Origin: a virus
Taxonomy: Duplodnaviria; Heunggongvirae; Uroviricota; Caudoviricetes
Virus record (IMG/VR): IMGVR_UViG_2939521961_000009
Reading direction: 5' to 3' (one strand)
DNA: 64,000 bases
Shown here: positions 1 through 9,279 of the stretch, one piece after another
Position numbering within the stretch: position 1 is the stretch's first letter
Layout of the letters: every line of letters begins with the position of its first letter
Made by a program: the position numbers and the translations under genes
Notes under the pieces: model-generated
Database searches by the model: none
What the model was told of the DNA's origin: nothing
What the model saw: the letters and a program-made list of their open reading frames with translations, nothing else

Positions 1-348
1 TTACGGTTCACACATCGCAGCCAACACGGTTTCTAAGCCATCCATCTGTACGTGCAAGGCTTTTTTAACGACGCCAACGACGCGAGCCGTCCACGCATCG
101 GCCGACATTTCCGCAACGGTATAAAGATTATCTTGCTGTTGTAAATCGGCAATTTGCTGTTCGCCGCCGATTAAGTTGACCTCATAATATCCCCAGTCAC
201 TGAAATGTTCTGTAGCAAGAATATCGGCATACACGCCCTGATGCGCACGGTGAAATGCACCAAAGCCTAAATGAATAATTCTTGGGGCCAGGTTATTACG
301 ATCATAAACAGGGAGTGTCGCTTTTGCTGATAACAAATTATTTCCCAT
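1..348 (-). CDS. ydfI: Mannitol-dehydrogenase-family oxidoreductase (YdfI-like), N-terminal 115 aa; 3' end lies beyond window start
   Basis: ORF translation has Rossmann motif [13 protein letters not shown] typical of mannitol/mannonate dehydrogenases; sits next to ydfJ-like transporter as in E. coli. Confidence 0.8.
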   Translation of the reverse strand: MGNNLLSAKATLPVYDRNNLAPRIIHLGFGAFHRAHQGVYADILATEHFSDWGYYEVNLIGGEQQIADLQQQDNLYTVAEMSADAWTARVVGVVKKALHVQMDGLETVLAAMCEP

Positions 349-436
349 AACAATTCCTTAAATATAAATATGGCAAGCTATATGTTTTGTTATATGAATA
401 AAAATCCCCTCTCCGGTAAGAGAAGGGATTGAGGAT

Positions 437-1720
437 TTACAGACTTCTGGAAGGTTGCGCAGCTCTTACAACACGCGGTTGATCTTCCGCAGCGTCTTCC
501 AGCGCACTTAAATCACGGTCTTTCACCTCTGGCATTTTCAGCGCAGAGATTAAACCAATTACTGAATATGCCATGATCATAATGGCGATCGGATACCAGG
601 ATTCCGTCATGGTGCAGAAAATACCCGCCAGGATAGGACCAAAACCGGAAGCGATAAGACCACCAATTTCTTTAGAAATAGCCATCCGGGTAAAGCGGTT
701 TTTACAGCCGAACATTTCTGCCATGGTAATGTTTTCCAGAGCAAATAATCCCAGCACCGCACAGTTATGAATCACAATCAGTGCAACCATAATGGTGCTC
801 GGGGCATAGCTTTTATCTACAATGATAGAAAGCATTGGCCATGCCAGCACAATCGCGGAGGTATTCATAATAATATACGGGATCCGGCGACCAATTTTAT
901 CGGATAACCAACCAAGGAACGGAATGGTCATAAAGCCGAGAATCGAACTAATCATCAATGCATCTGTTGGAATTGCTTTGTTAAACAATAACGTCTGCAC
1001 TAAATAGCCTGCAAGGAAAGTCTGAATTAACCCGGAGTTACCCGCCTGACCAAAACGCAGCCCTGTTGCCAGCCAGAAGGATTTGCTCTGGAACATGCTA
1101 CCAGCAGGTGCAGGTTTTGCTGTGGGTTGGTTGCTGTCGTTAACCTTCTCAAAGACCGGGCTTTCTTTCAGATTCATACGCAACCAGATAGCAAAGACCA
1201 TCACGACAACGCTCGCCAGGAACGGTATACGCCATCCCCACGCAAGCAGTTCCTCTTTACTGAGAATGAAGAACATAAAGGCCCAGATTGCCGTTGCGCT
1301 CAAGGTTCCGCAGTTAGTTCCCATAGCTACAAATGAGGAGATAATTCCGCGCTTACCTTTTGGCGCATATTCCGCCAGCATCGTACCGGCACCGGAAATT
1401 TCCGCACCTGCACCCAACCCCTGAATAATACGCAGCGTCACCAGCAAGATGGGGGCAAAAACACCAATCTGTGCATAGGTCGGTAACACACCAATTAAGG
1501 TGGTACAGATCCCCATCATGGTGATGGTAATAAAGAGCACTTTTTTACGCCCTATTCTGTCGCCCATTTTGCCGAAAATAAATGCTCCGACAATACGCGC
1601 CACATAACCTGCACCGTAGGTTCCCATTGCCAAAATTAACGCCATTGCCGTTGATGATTCAGGAAAAAATATTTCATGAAACACTAACGCTGCGCCGAGC
1701 GAATATAACTGGAAATCCAT
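437..1720 (-). CDS. ydfJ: MFS-family transporter (YdfJ-like), 427 aa
   Basis: Long hydrophobic ORF with multiple predicted TM segments and MFS-like loop motif (GDRIGRKK). Confidence 0.8.
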   Translation of the reverse strand: MDFQLYSLGAALVFHEIFFPESSTAMALILAMGTYGAGYVARIVGAFIFGKMGDRIGRKKVLFITITMMGICTTLIGVLPTYAQIGVFAPILLVTLRIIQGLGAGAEISGAGTMLAEYAPKGKRGIISSFVAMGTNCGTLSATAIWAFMFFILSKEELLAWGWRIPFLASVVVMVFAIWLRMNLKESPVFEKVNDSNQPTAKPAPAGSMFQSKSFWLATGLRFGQAGNSGLIQTFLAGYLVQTLLFNKAIPTDALMISSILGFMTIPFLGWLSDKIGRRIPYIIMNTSAIVLAWPMLSIIVDKSYAPSTIMVALIVIHNCAVLGLFALENITMAEMFGCKNRFTRMAISKEIGGLIASGFGPILAGIFCTMTESWYPIAIMIMAYSVIGLISALKMPEVKDRDLSALEDAAEDQPRVVRAAQPSRSL

Positions 1721-2322
1721 AATTCACAGGTGTTTTTTCCCATCCTGTGGTTTCCTTGGCGTTTTCTAGGTTTTTTCAGATAGTTGCATTTTTTTAAAAG
1801 CATCCTAAGTTCGATCTCAGTGTCTATCTGGGGCCTATTTCTGTCCCATATATGCCCCAAAAAACTCCCCAACAGATAAGTAGTTTTTTCATGGATTTAC
1901 GCGTAAAATCAATAACGGCTGGAAATCATTCAATACTCGCACTATCGAAAAATTTACCAGCCAACCGCAGCACGTTCTTGCATAAGGTGTGTCTGCGGTT
2001 TTTCAACTATTCAGATACATCACTCCCATCACATTCATTCCTCCACATCAAAGGCATATAGGCTATATCACCTTGATATTTTTCTTTTTCAGATAAAAAC
2101 TGTTATCTATGTATACTTTTAAACCCAATCCGTGTAGAGTCTCTGCATAAGATAGTTTGCAGTTGCCGCTTCAGCTTGCGCCATAAACCGCCTGATTTTT
2201 GCTGCCACCTGTTAGCATTCCTGTATACCTGAAACGACAATGTTTATCTACGAACTTTAAGAACACCCAAGATAAAAATTGTCAACTATATCATATATAA
2301 CACATTACTAATTCGAGGCTAT

Positions 2323-2433
2323 ATGAACAGCATACTGATAATCACTTCTCTCCTTATCATATTCAGCATTTTTAGTCATGCCCTAATAAAATTAGGGATT
2401 GGCATATCCAATAACCCAGACAAAACCGATGTA
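2323..2433 (+). CDS. Candidate small hydrophobic protein (36 aa, [37 protein letters not shown])
   Basis: ATG preceded by GAGG about 5 nt upstream; single predicted TM helix; below the 60-aa cutoff of the ORF track. Confidence 0.3.
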
Positions 2434-2504
2434 TAAGTCAACATATCCTGAATCAGACATACAATATCGCAATGAAAATCAATAATATTTTAAGGAATAT
2501 CTTC

Positions 2505-2738
2505 ATGAAATCAAAAGACACCCTAAAGTGGTTCCCTGCGCAGCTTCCTGAAGTAAGAATTATCCTAGGGGATGCTGTAGTGGAAGTAGCAAAACAGGGA
2601 AGACCTATCAATACCAGAACATTGCTTGATTACATTGAAGGAAACATAAAGAAAAAATCATGGCTGGATAACAAAGAATTATTACAAACAGCGATATCAG
2701 TTCTTAAAGACAACCAAAATTTAAATGGTAAAATGTAA
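2505..2738 (+). CDS. ydfK: Prophage protein of the YdfK/YnaE family (about 77 aa from MKSKDTLKWF; ORF could start at 2472)
   Basis: Sequence recalled as near-identical to Qin/Rac YdfK/YnaE; position next to pin as in Qin. Confidence 0.6.
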   Translation: MKSKDTLKWFPAQLPEVRIILGDAVVEVAKQGRPINTRTLLDYIEGNIKKKSWLDNKELLQTAISVLKDNQNLNGKM

Positions 2739-3054
2739 TATAATAAACTTACTTTTTTATCATTTTTCCACTTTAACAACATTTTGCTCCACTTTTCCAC
2801 GACCAAACAACTTGAAATCTGGTTAAAATAACACGCAACACTATTCTTCTTCCTTGAGTCCGCCCGGAACTCGAAAAACAAACCGAGTTAAAGCCATTTT
2901 TCACAAAATCGATTTTGGGTCTCACCAAAATTACGGGGTTGCATACGCATTCGTTTATTTTCGAACGTGTACATACAAATATGCACAAAAATAATCAAAA
3001 TTATTTTCTGAGATGCATTATGATATGAACACCAATTTCGTATAGAGTCTCACT

Positions 3055-3645
3055 ATGTCTCGAATTTTTGCTTACTGTCGGATATCAACGCTGGATCAGA
3101 CCATCGAAAATCAACGCCGGGAAATCGAAAGTGCAGGTTTTAAAATCAAACCTCAGCAAATAATCGAAGAACACATTAGCGGCTCAGCAGCAACCAGTGA
3201 GCGTCCTGGTTTTAACCGGTTGCTTGCTCGCCTGAAATGTGGTGATCAATTGATTGTGACAAAACTGGATCGCCTTGGTTGTAATGCAATGGATATCAGG
3301 AAAACAGTGGAACAACTGACCGAAACAGGTATCAGAGTGCATTGCTTAGCATTGGGGGGCATTGACCTGACCAGTCCAACAGGAAAAATGATGATGCACG
3401 TAATTTCAGCAGTCGCTGAATTTGAACGAGACCTTTTACTTGAACGCACTCATTCCGGGATAGTAAGAGCCCGCGGCGCAGGGAAACGTTTTGGTCGACC
3501 ACCTGTGTTAAATGAAGAACAGAAACAGGTGGTATTCGAACGAATTAAGTCAGGTGTAAGTATAAGTGCCATTGCCCGGGAATTCAAAACCTCGCGGCAA
3601 ACCATTTTAAGAGCCAAAGCAAAACTTCAGACACCTGACATATAA
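3055..3645 (+). CDS. pin: Serine DNA invertase Pin (Hin/Gin/Cin family), 196 aa
   Basis: N-terminal catalytic motif [10 protein letters not shown]-terminal HTH; near-identical to recalled PinQ/PinR. Confidence 0.9.
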   Translation: MSRIFAYCRISTLDQTIENQRREIESAGFKIKPQQIIEEHISGSAATSERPGFNRLLARLKCGDQLIVTKLDRLGCNAMDIRKTVEQLTETGIRVHCLALGGIDLTSPTGKMMMHVISAVAEFERDLLLERTHSGIVRARGAGKRFGRPPVLNEEQKQVVFERIKSGVSISAIAREFKTSRQTILRAKAKLQTPDI

Positions 3646-3742
3646 AAAATAATCTCGGTGTGAGATGCTTTACGTCTTCCAAGCCCCCTTCCTTGCCGTA
3701 AATGGAAAGATACATCTAATTATAGAATTTATATGTTTTACC

Positions 3743-4312
3743 CTACGGCAGTGCTGGCCATTCAATATCCTGTGCAGTTGACGTATCAACACGGTTCAGC
3801 AACACCCGATACTTTTTCCAGGCTTCCAGCAATGAGGTTTCTTCCTCCGTTGCGATTTCCAGATCTACAGCATCCTGAAGTGGCGCAATATGCTCACTGG
3901 CTACCTGCATCAGGCTGTTTTTTGTTTCTTCCGCCTCTCGGATCCGGAACAGTTTTTCTGCTTCTGCATCTTTCACCCAGGCTGTGCCGTTCCACTTCTG
4001 AAACTCCCCTTCCGGCGATAACCAGGTAACATTTTCCGGTAACGGACCGAGTTCAGAAATAAATAACGCGTCCCCTGACGCTACGTCATAAACCGTTTTA
4101 CCCCGATGGTCTTCAACGAGATGCCACGATGCCTTATCACTGTTGAAAACAGCCACAAAGCCAGCAGGAATATCTGGTGGTGCAATATCGGTACTGTTTG
4201 CTGGCAGACCTGTATGAGGCGGAATATATGCGTCACCTTCACCAATAAATTCATTAGTTCCGGCCAGCAGATTATAAATTTTTATGGTCCGTGGTTGTTC
4301 ACTCATTCTGAA
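3743..4312 (-). CDS. tfa: Tail fibre assembly protein Tfa (start taken at MAFRMSEQ)
   Basis: Matches recalled lambdoid TfaQ/TfaR; in the pre-insertion sequence its ATG overlaps the stf stop (TAATG). Confidence 0.85.
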   Translation of the reverse strand, partial: FRMSEQPRTIKIYNLLAGTNEFIGEGDAYIPPHTGLPANSTDIAPPDIPAGFVAVFNSDKASWHLVEDHRGKTVYDVASGDALFISELGPLPENVTWLSPEGEFQKWNGTAWVKDAEAEKLFRIREAEETKNSLMQVASEHIAPLQDAVDLEIATEEETSLLEAWKKYRVLLNRVDTSTAQDIEWPALP

Positions 4313-4378
4313 TGCCATTATGCAAGCCTCACAATTGAGGTGTACTGGCAATAGCGGACACTACCATTTGTTCTTTTT

Positions 4379-5197
4379 TTAAGCAGCCATCTGATGATAT
4401 TTTTCCCTGAAGGCTGCCGGGGAGATATTCCCCAGACGAGAGTGACGACGCTGACGATTGTAGAAAATCTCAATGTATTCCCGTATTACTGAGATGGCTT
4501 CATCCCGGTTATTAAAACGATAGTGGCTCAGGCTCTCATTTTTCAGCGTTCCCCAGAAGCTTTCCATCGGAGCGTTGTCGTAACAGTTACCTTTACGCGA
4601 CATTGATGTTTTCAGACCAAACTGCTCCTGTATGACCCGGTAATCGTATGCGCAGTACTGTGAACCTCGATCAGAGTGGTGGATTAGCCCGGCAGGTGGG
4701 CGCTGGCTCCTGAGCGCCATAAACAGAGCTTTACCTGTCAGCTCTTTTGTCATGCGCTCTCCCATGGCGTAGCCGACAATTTCGCACGTATAAACATCTT
4801 TGATGCCAGCGAGGTACAACCATCCCTCCTGTGTGGCAACATACGTCAGGTCCGCCACCCAGACCTGATTTGGTGCTGTAGGAGCGAACGTCTGGTTCAG
4901 CAGATTTGGCGCAACTGGCAGATTGTGGTTCGAGTTCGTAGTCGCTCTGAACTTGCGTTTCTGCTTACAGCGTAGCCTTAGCTCCTTACGAAGACGTGCC
5001 AGTCGGTCACGACCAACGATGATGCCATTCTCTGCCAGCTCCGTCTGGAGCCGCCGGGTTCCATATGTTTCGCGAGTGCGGATATGTGCCACCTTAATCT
5101 CCAGTTTTAGCCGCTCATCACTTTGTTTTCTGTCTGAGGGTTCATGCTGTACCCAGTTGTAATAACCGCTCCTGGATACACCAAATACCTGACACAT
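4379..5197 (-). CDS. IS3-family transposase OrfB (DDE catalytic domain), 272 aa
   Basis: ORF translation; expressed as OrfAB fusion by -1 frameshift in IS3 family. Confidence 0.9.
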   Translation of the reverse strand: MCQVFGVSRSGYYNWVQHEPSDRKQSDERLKLEIKVAHIRTRETYGTRRLQTELAENGIIVGRDRLARLRKELRLRCKQKRKFRATTNSNHNLPVAPNLLNQTFAPTAPNQVWVADLTYVATQEGWLYLAGIKDVYTCEIVGYAMGERMTKELTGKALFMALRSQRPPAGLIHHSDRGSQYCAYDYRVIQEQFGLKTSMSRKGNCYDNAPMESFWGTLKNESLSHYRFNNRDEAISVIREYIEIFYNRQRRHSRLGNISPAAFREKYHQMAA

Positions 5198-5232
5198 CGC
5201 TTCAATGGGAAATTGTTGTCGCCATTGTTCGA

Positions 5233-5535
5233 TTAACGCGTATTTTTCAGCGACTCCTGTGCAAAATACGCTGTTGCTTTTTTTAATATATCTCGCTCAA
5301 GGCGAGCTTCATTTAACGCCTTACGCAGTTGCAGAATTTCAGATTCCAGTTCAGCCACCGTGCGGGAACCAGGAGTACCGAGCCCTTTTCTGGCGGCGGT
5401 AACCCATTGTCCTAAAGTGCCTTCAGGAAGAGATAATCGGGAAGCGCCTTCACTGATCGAAAGTTGATTTTCAAGAACCGTTCTGACAGCTTCGGCTTTG
5501 AACTCTTTAGAGTAACGTTGGGTTTTTCTGCTCAT
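5233..5535 (-). CDS. IS3-family transposase OrfA (HTH), 100 aa
   Basis: ORF translation; slippery A-rich run near its 3' end. Confidence 0.9.
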   Translation of the reverse strand: MSRKTQRYSKEFKAEAVRTVLENQLSISEGASRLSLPEGTLGQWVTAARKGLGTPGSRTVAELESEILQLRKALNEARLERDILKKATAYFAQESLKNTR

Positions 5536-5596
5536 TATTAGCTCCTTCTGATGCCATTCTATTTCAGGAAGGAGTGTCCGTTAAACTCAGGCTACC

Positions 5597-8551
5597 TCAA
5601 ATATAGTTAAATGCGATGTTTTTGACGGTGTTTTCCGCGTTACCAGCAGCGTTAACGGTGATGGTGTGTCCATGTGAACCAATCGCAACGGAGTGCGTAT
5701 GAGCACCAATACCGACAGTATGCGCGTGTGCACCTGCAGATGCTGCTGTGCCGGACAGTGAATGGCTATGATTACCATCTGTACTGGTATTCGCTAACCA
5801 CCCCGTAGACATACCTACTGAGCCTTGTACACCCCAGGTATTTTGACCTGAGCTTGTATAACCATATTGATAAGTATCTTTAAAAACACTGGGGTTAAAT
5901 CGACGGCCATCTCTATGGCTGTGATTACCAGCTGCATTCGTGCTGCCACTTAAACTATGGGTATGCGCACCAGTGTTATTCGTGGATTTAGTGCCGTAAT
6001 CAAACGACGATGTGGTTTTCGTCCCCAAATCCGTACTGGATGCGCTGGCGCTGTGGGTATGCGATTTAATGCCGTCCTGTTCCTGAGACAATACGGCCCG
6101 ACCACTGGCAGGTTTGCCCTTAATCGTCCAGCCACGCATATCAGGGATCACGCCTGACGGATAAGCCGCTGCAAGTTTCGGGTATGCAGATTTGTCAAAA
6201 GCCTGCCCCTGCATCAGGGCATAGCCAGACGGAACGGTATCTGATGGCCACGGGATTGGTGCGCCAGGCGGATAAAACTGCTCTGATGGCGTATAGAGTG
6301 AATAAACTGTACCGTCCGTTAACCCTTCCGGCTTATTAGCAGAATATGCTGGTGACGTATGAATCGTCACGCTGGCATTACTGGTATAATCCCATTGAAT
6401 ATTTACACCAGTCGCATAATTTCCGATTGCAACGTAAATATCGTAAGTATCACCAGATGTATTAACCCAGGCAAAATTTGTAAACCCTGTCAATGTGCGC
6501 TGCCATAAAGCACCAGTAATCCCCTTCGGATTACCATTACCTGCACGTAAAACAAGTTCAGATATACCTGCCTGTTGAGGTGACCCCACGTTAAATCCAG
6601 CGCCACCAATCAACGTAATTGAAACAACAGAACTCGCCTGTGGCATGGTTACCGTTGCTAATTTGAACCAACCAGCACCACCGCTGAATGACATTGTTGT
6701 TGAGTTAAGCGTACCAATATCTTTCGGCGTCAGTGTTATATCCGCTGAAAGCGCCTTACCATTCACCTTACGGGCAGAAGGTACCCGACCATTCGCATTG
6801 TCATTAGCTGCTTTCACTGCTTTCGGTGTCGCAGCAAGCGTTTCAGATGTGCTGTTGGTTGCACTACTGAGCTGGACAATTCCTTTTTGTGCTGTCGTAG
6901 CGTCCTGTGCGGTGTATTTCCCGTTAGCCAGGTCATACGCGGCCTTAACGGCTTTTGGCGTTGCCGCCTGTGACTCGGAAGTGCTGTTAGTCGCACTGCT
7001 GAGCTGAACTATCCCTTTCTGTCCTGTCGTTGCATCCTGTGCGGTGTATTTCCCGTTAGCCAGGTCATACGCGGCCTTAACGGCTTTTGGCGTTGCCGCC
7101 TGTGACTCGGAAGTGCTGTTGGTCGCACTGCTGAGCTGTACTACCCCCTTTTTCGTCGTGCTCGCATCCTCAAGCGCCACGGCGGATGCAATATCCTCTG
7201 CACGTTTTGCCGCTGTCTCAGCGCGCGTTGCTGCGGATTCTGCCGTACTTTTGCTCTGTGCTGCCGCTGCCGCACTGCCAGCAGCCTCTGTCGCCTTCGT
7301 GGATGCCGTCGTGGCGCTGCCCCTCGCTGCTGACGCCTGTCTGGTCGCCTCATCTTTTGAAGCAGACGCAGATGATGCCGATGACGCCGCCGAACTGGCG
7401 GACGATGCGGCAGCCGTTTTTGAGGATTCTGCGCTGGTTTCCGACGCTTTCGCGTTCGTTTCGGATGTCTTCGCTGCGGAAGCAGACCTCGCTGCTGCGC
7501 TGGCCTGTTCAGTGGCTTCGCCAGCCTTCGTTGTGGCTGTTGAAGCGGATGATGCGGCGCTTTCTGCCGATTTTCCGGCGGCGGTGGCACTGACTGCTGC
7601 CTCCTCTGCCTTAATGGACGCCTCACGGGCCGATGATGCAGCTGCTGTCTCAGAGTCTGCCGCAGCTGAGGCGCTCTGTTCCGCTGCCGTTTCAGAAGAC
7701 TTAGCATTCGTCTCGGACGTTTTTGCCGCCTTCACGGAATTTCCTGCCGCCATTGCCGAGGAGGCTGCACTGCTGGCGCTTGTGGAGGCGTTCGTTTCTG
7801 ATGATTTTGCCGCCTCTTTGGAGGCCGCCGCATCTCTGGCTGAAGTGGCGGCTTCTGACGCTTTCGTCGTCGCAGTGGATGCAGAAGTGGCTGCTGATTT
7901 TTGTGACGCTGCAGCATTCGTTTCTGACGTTTTCGCGGCACCGGCACTGGTGGCCGCCGCGCTTTTTGAGGACTCTGCAGCGGCAGCACTTTTTGATGCT
8001 TCTGTGGCCTTTGTTGATGCTGTTCCTGCGCTGGAAGACGCTGACTGAGCCGACGTCGCGGCCTGCCCGGCTGATGTGCTGGCTGCACGTGCTGAGCCTG
8101 CAGCATCAGTCGCATGGGTTGCCGCCTCACGGGCTGATGTGCCGGCATCGCCGGCTGACTTCTTCGCGGCTGCCGTGTTCTGTGCCACCGCGGACGCGTT
8201 ACGCGCCACCTCTTCCACCATCAGCTCAAAACGGCGCAGTGCCTCCGGACGGGCATCATCCTCCGTCATGGCACCGAGAAAATCATTCAGCGTACCGGGT
8301 CGGGAATCTTCATACACGGTGATGGTCCCGGCATGTGACGGCGGGAATCCTTCCACCAACAGAATAACGCTGTACTGACCGTACTCAACGTCCATACTGT
8401 AACGCCCGGCTTCATCCGGATTTTCTGAGGCCAGCGTGTTCACCACCACCGTGGTGCTGTTACGTTTTGCTTTCAGCTGGATTGTGCAGTTCTGTACCGG
8501 TTTTCCTGTGCCGTCTTTCAGTACACCTGAAATCTTTACTGCCATATTCAC
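5597..8551 (-). CDS. stf: Side tail fibre protein Stf, 984 aa; last 4 native codons (VRLA) cut off by IS600, stop supplied by the IS terminus
   Basis: Long Ala/Ser/Thr-rich shaft, tandem 44-aa repeats, C-terminal HxH-rich tip region; position between lom and tfa. Confidence 0.85.
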   Translation of the reverse strand: MNMAVKISGVLKDGTGKPVQNCTIQLKAKRNSTTVVVNTLASENPDEAGRYSMDVEYGQYSVILLVEGFPPSHAGTITVYEDSRPGTLNDFLGAMTEDDARPEALRRFELMVEEVARNASAVAQNTAAAKKSAGDAGTSAREAATHATDAAGSARAASTSAGQAATSAQSASSSAGTASTKATEASKSAAAAESSKSAAATSAGAAKTSETNAAASQKSAATSASTATTKASEAATSARDAAASKEAAKSSETNASTSASSAASSAMAAGNSVKAAKTSETNAKSSETAAEQSASAAADSETAAASSAREASIKAEEAAVSATAAGKSAESAASSASTATTKAGEATEQASAAARSASAAKTSETNAKASETSAESSKTAAASSASSAASSASSASASKDEATRQASAARGSATTASTKATEAAGSAAAAAQSKSTAESAATRAETAAKRAEDIASAVALEDASTTKKGVVQLSSATNSTSESQAATPKAVKAAYDLANGKYTAQDATTGQKGIVQLSSATNSTSESQAATPKAVKAAYDLANGKYTAQDATTAQKGIVQLSSATNSTSETLAATPKAVKAANDNANGRVPSARKVNGKALSADITLTPKDIGTLNSTTMSFSGGAGWFKLATVTMPQASSVVSITLIGGAGFNVGSPQQAGISELVLRAGNGNPKGITGALWQRTLTGFTNFAWVNTSGDTYDIYVAIGNYATGVNIQWDYTSNASVTIHTSPAYSANKPEGLTDGTVYSLYTPSEQFYPPGAPIPWPSDTVPSGYALMQGQAFDKSAYPKLAAAYPSGVIPDMRGWTIKGKPASGRAVLSQEQDGIKSHTHSASASSTDLGTKTTSSFDYGTKSTNNTGAHTHSLSGSTNAAGNHSHRDGRRFNPSVFKDTYQYGYTSSGQNTWGVQGSVGMSTGWLANTSTDGNHSHSLSGTAASAGAHAHTVGIGAHTHSVAIGSHGHTITVNAAGNAENTVKNIAFNYI
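6790..7190 (-). repeat. Tandem coding repeats of about 132 bp (three 44-aa units KG(I/V)[12 protein letters not shown]...YTAQDATT) inside stf
   Basis: Near-identical DNA blocks visible at about 6811-6880, 6945-7010 and 7075-7140. Confidence 0.7.
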
Positions 8552-8609
8552 CCCACAAAAAAGCCCGCCTGAACCGGCGGGCTGTCATAACACTGTGTTA
8601 CCTGGCTAA

Positions 8610-9209
8610 TCAGAATTTATAACCGACACCCACGATGAAACTGTTGGTACGCCAGTCACCGCTGCCGGAGCCTTCATAAGCGACGTCAACGGCCACGGAT
8701 TCGGTCGGGTTAAACTGCACGCCAGCTCCCCACGCCAGAGACGTGTTGCTGTGGCGACCGTCATCACTTCCGGTCAGCACATCGTGCGTTTTCCCCTTGT
8801 TGTCAGTTACGCGGATATAATCTCCGGAGAAAGTCGAAACACGGCTGTAAGCCATACCCGCCATCGCATACGCGCTGAACCATTCATTCACGCGCACAGA
8901 CGGCCCCGCCATCACGCTGAACCAGCGGTTACGCACGGAATCTTCATGCCAGCGGGTATCGCTGTAATGCGTTTTTTGCTCATCTTCAGCGTTGGCATAA
9001 CTGAATGACGTAATCAGCCCCAGCGTGTCCGTAAACTCATAACGGTATTTCACGTTAATCCCGTTCAGATTATCGCTGCCGGGAGCGTTCGTACGGGCAT
9101 GAAGATACCCTGCGCTCAGTGTGGCCTGCTGCTCAGACGCCCATGCAGGCGCACCGGATACGGCCAGACAGATGGCTGCGGACAAAATGGCTGCACAAAC
9201 TTTACGCAT
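8610..9209 (-). CDS. lom: Lom/Ail-family outer membrane beta-barrel protein, 199 aa
   Basis: Signal peptide, C-terminal aromatic residue (GYKF), lambda position between J and stf. Confidence 0.8.
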   Translation of the reverse strand: MRKVCAAILSAAICLAVSGAPAWASEQQATLSAGYLHARTNAPGSDNLNGINVKYRYEFTDTLGLITSFSYANAEDEQKTHYSDTRWHEDSVRNRWFSVMAGPSVRVNEWFSAYAMAGMAYSRVSTFSGDYIRVTDNKGKTHDVLTGSDDGRHSNTSLAWGAGVQFNPTESVAVDVAYEGSGSGDWRTNSFIVGVGYKF

Positions 9210-9279
9210 AATTACCTCTCGCTTTTCTGCAATAAAAAAGGCGTCATTCCTGACGCCCTTTATTGGGGTTATAAATATT

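Larger units (their letters stand above)
4336..5599 (-). mobile_element. IS3-family insertion sequence, IS600-like, copy 1 (1264 bp), flanked by 3-bp direct repeat AAT
   Basis: Ends TGAGGTAGCCTGAGTTTAACGG ... CCTCA defined by comparing the two copies; orfA and orfB in -1 frame arrangement; identical to copy 2. Confidence 0.85.

Noticed and set aside
2131-3054. Shared motif GT(G/A)TAGAGTCTC at about 2134 and 3037, the latter just upstream of the pin start
   Set aside because: Two short copies with no palindromic 12-2-12 structure; too little to call an invertase site or operator.
6790-7190. Tandem direct repeats that could be mistaken for a CRISPR array
   Set aside because: The repeats are about 132 bp, contiguous with no spacers, in frame within stf and encode a repeated 44-aa motif; no cas genes anywhere in the window.
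6645-8378. Several long plus-strand ORFs (for example 7044-8048, 334 aa; 7723-8322, 199 aa) rich in Ala, Pro or Arg
   Set aside because: They lie antisense or out of frame within the Ala/Ser-rich repetitive stf gene; the low-complexity sequence keeps other frames open. No RBS or operon context.
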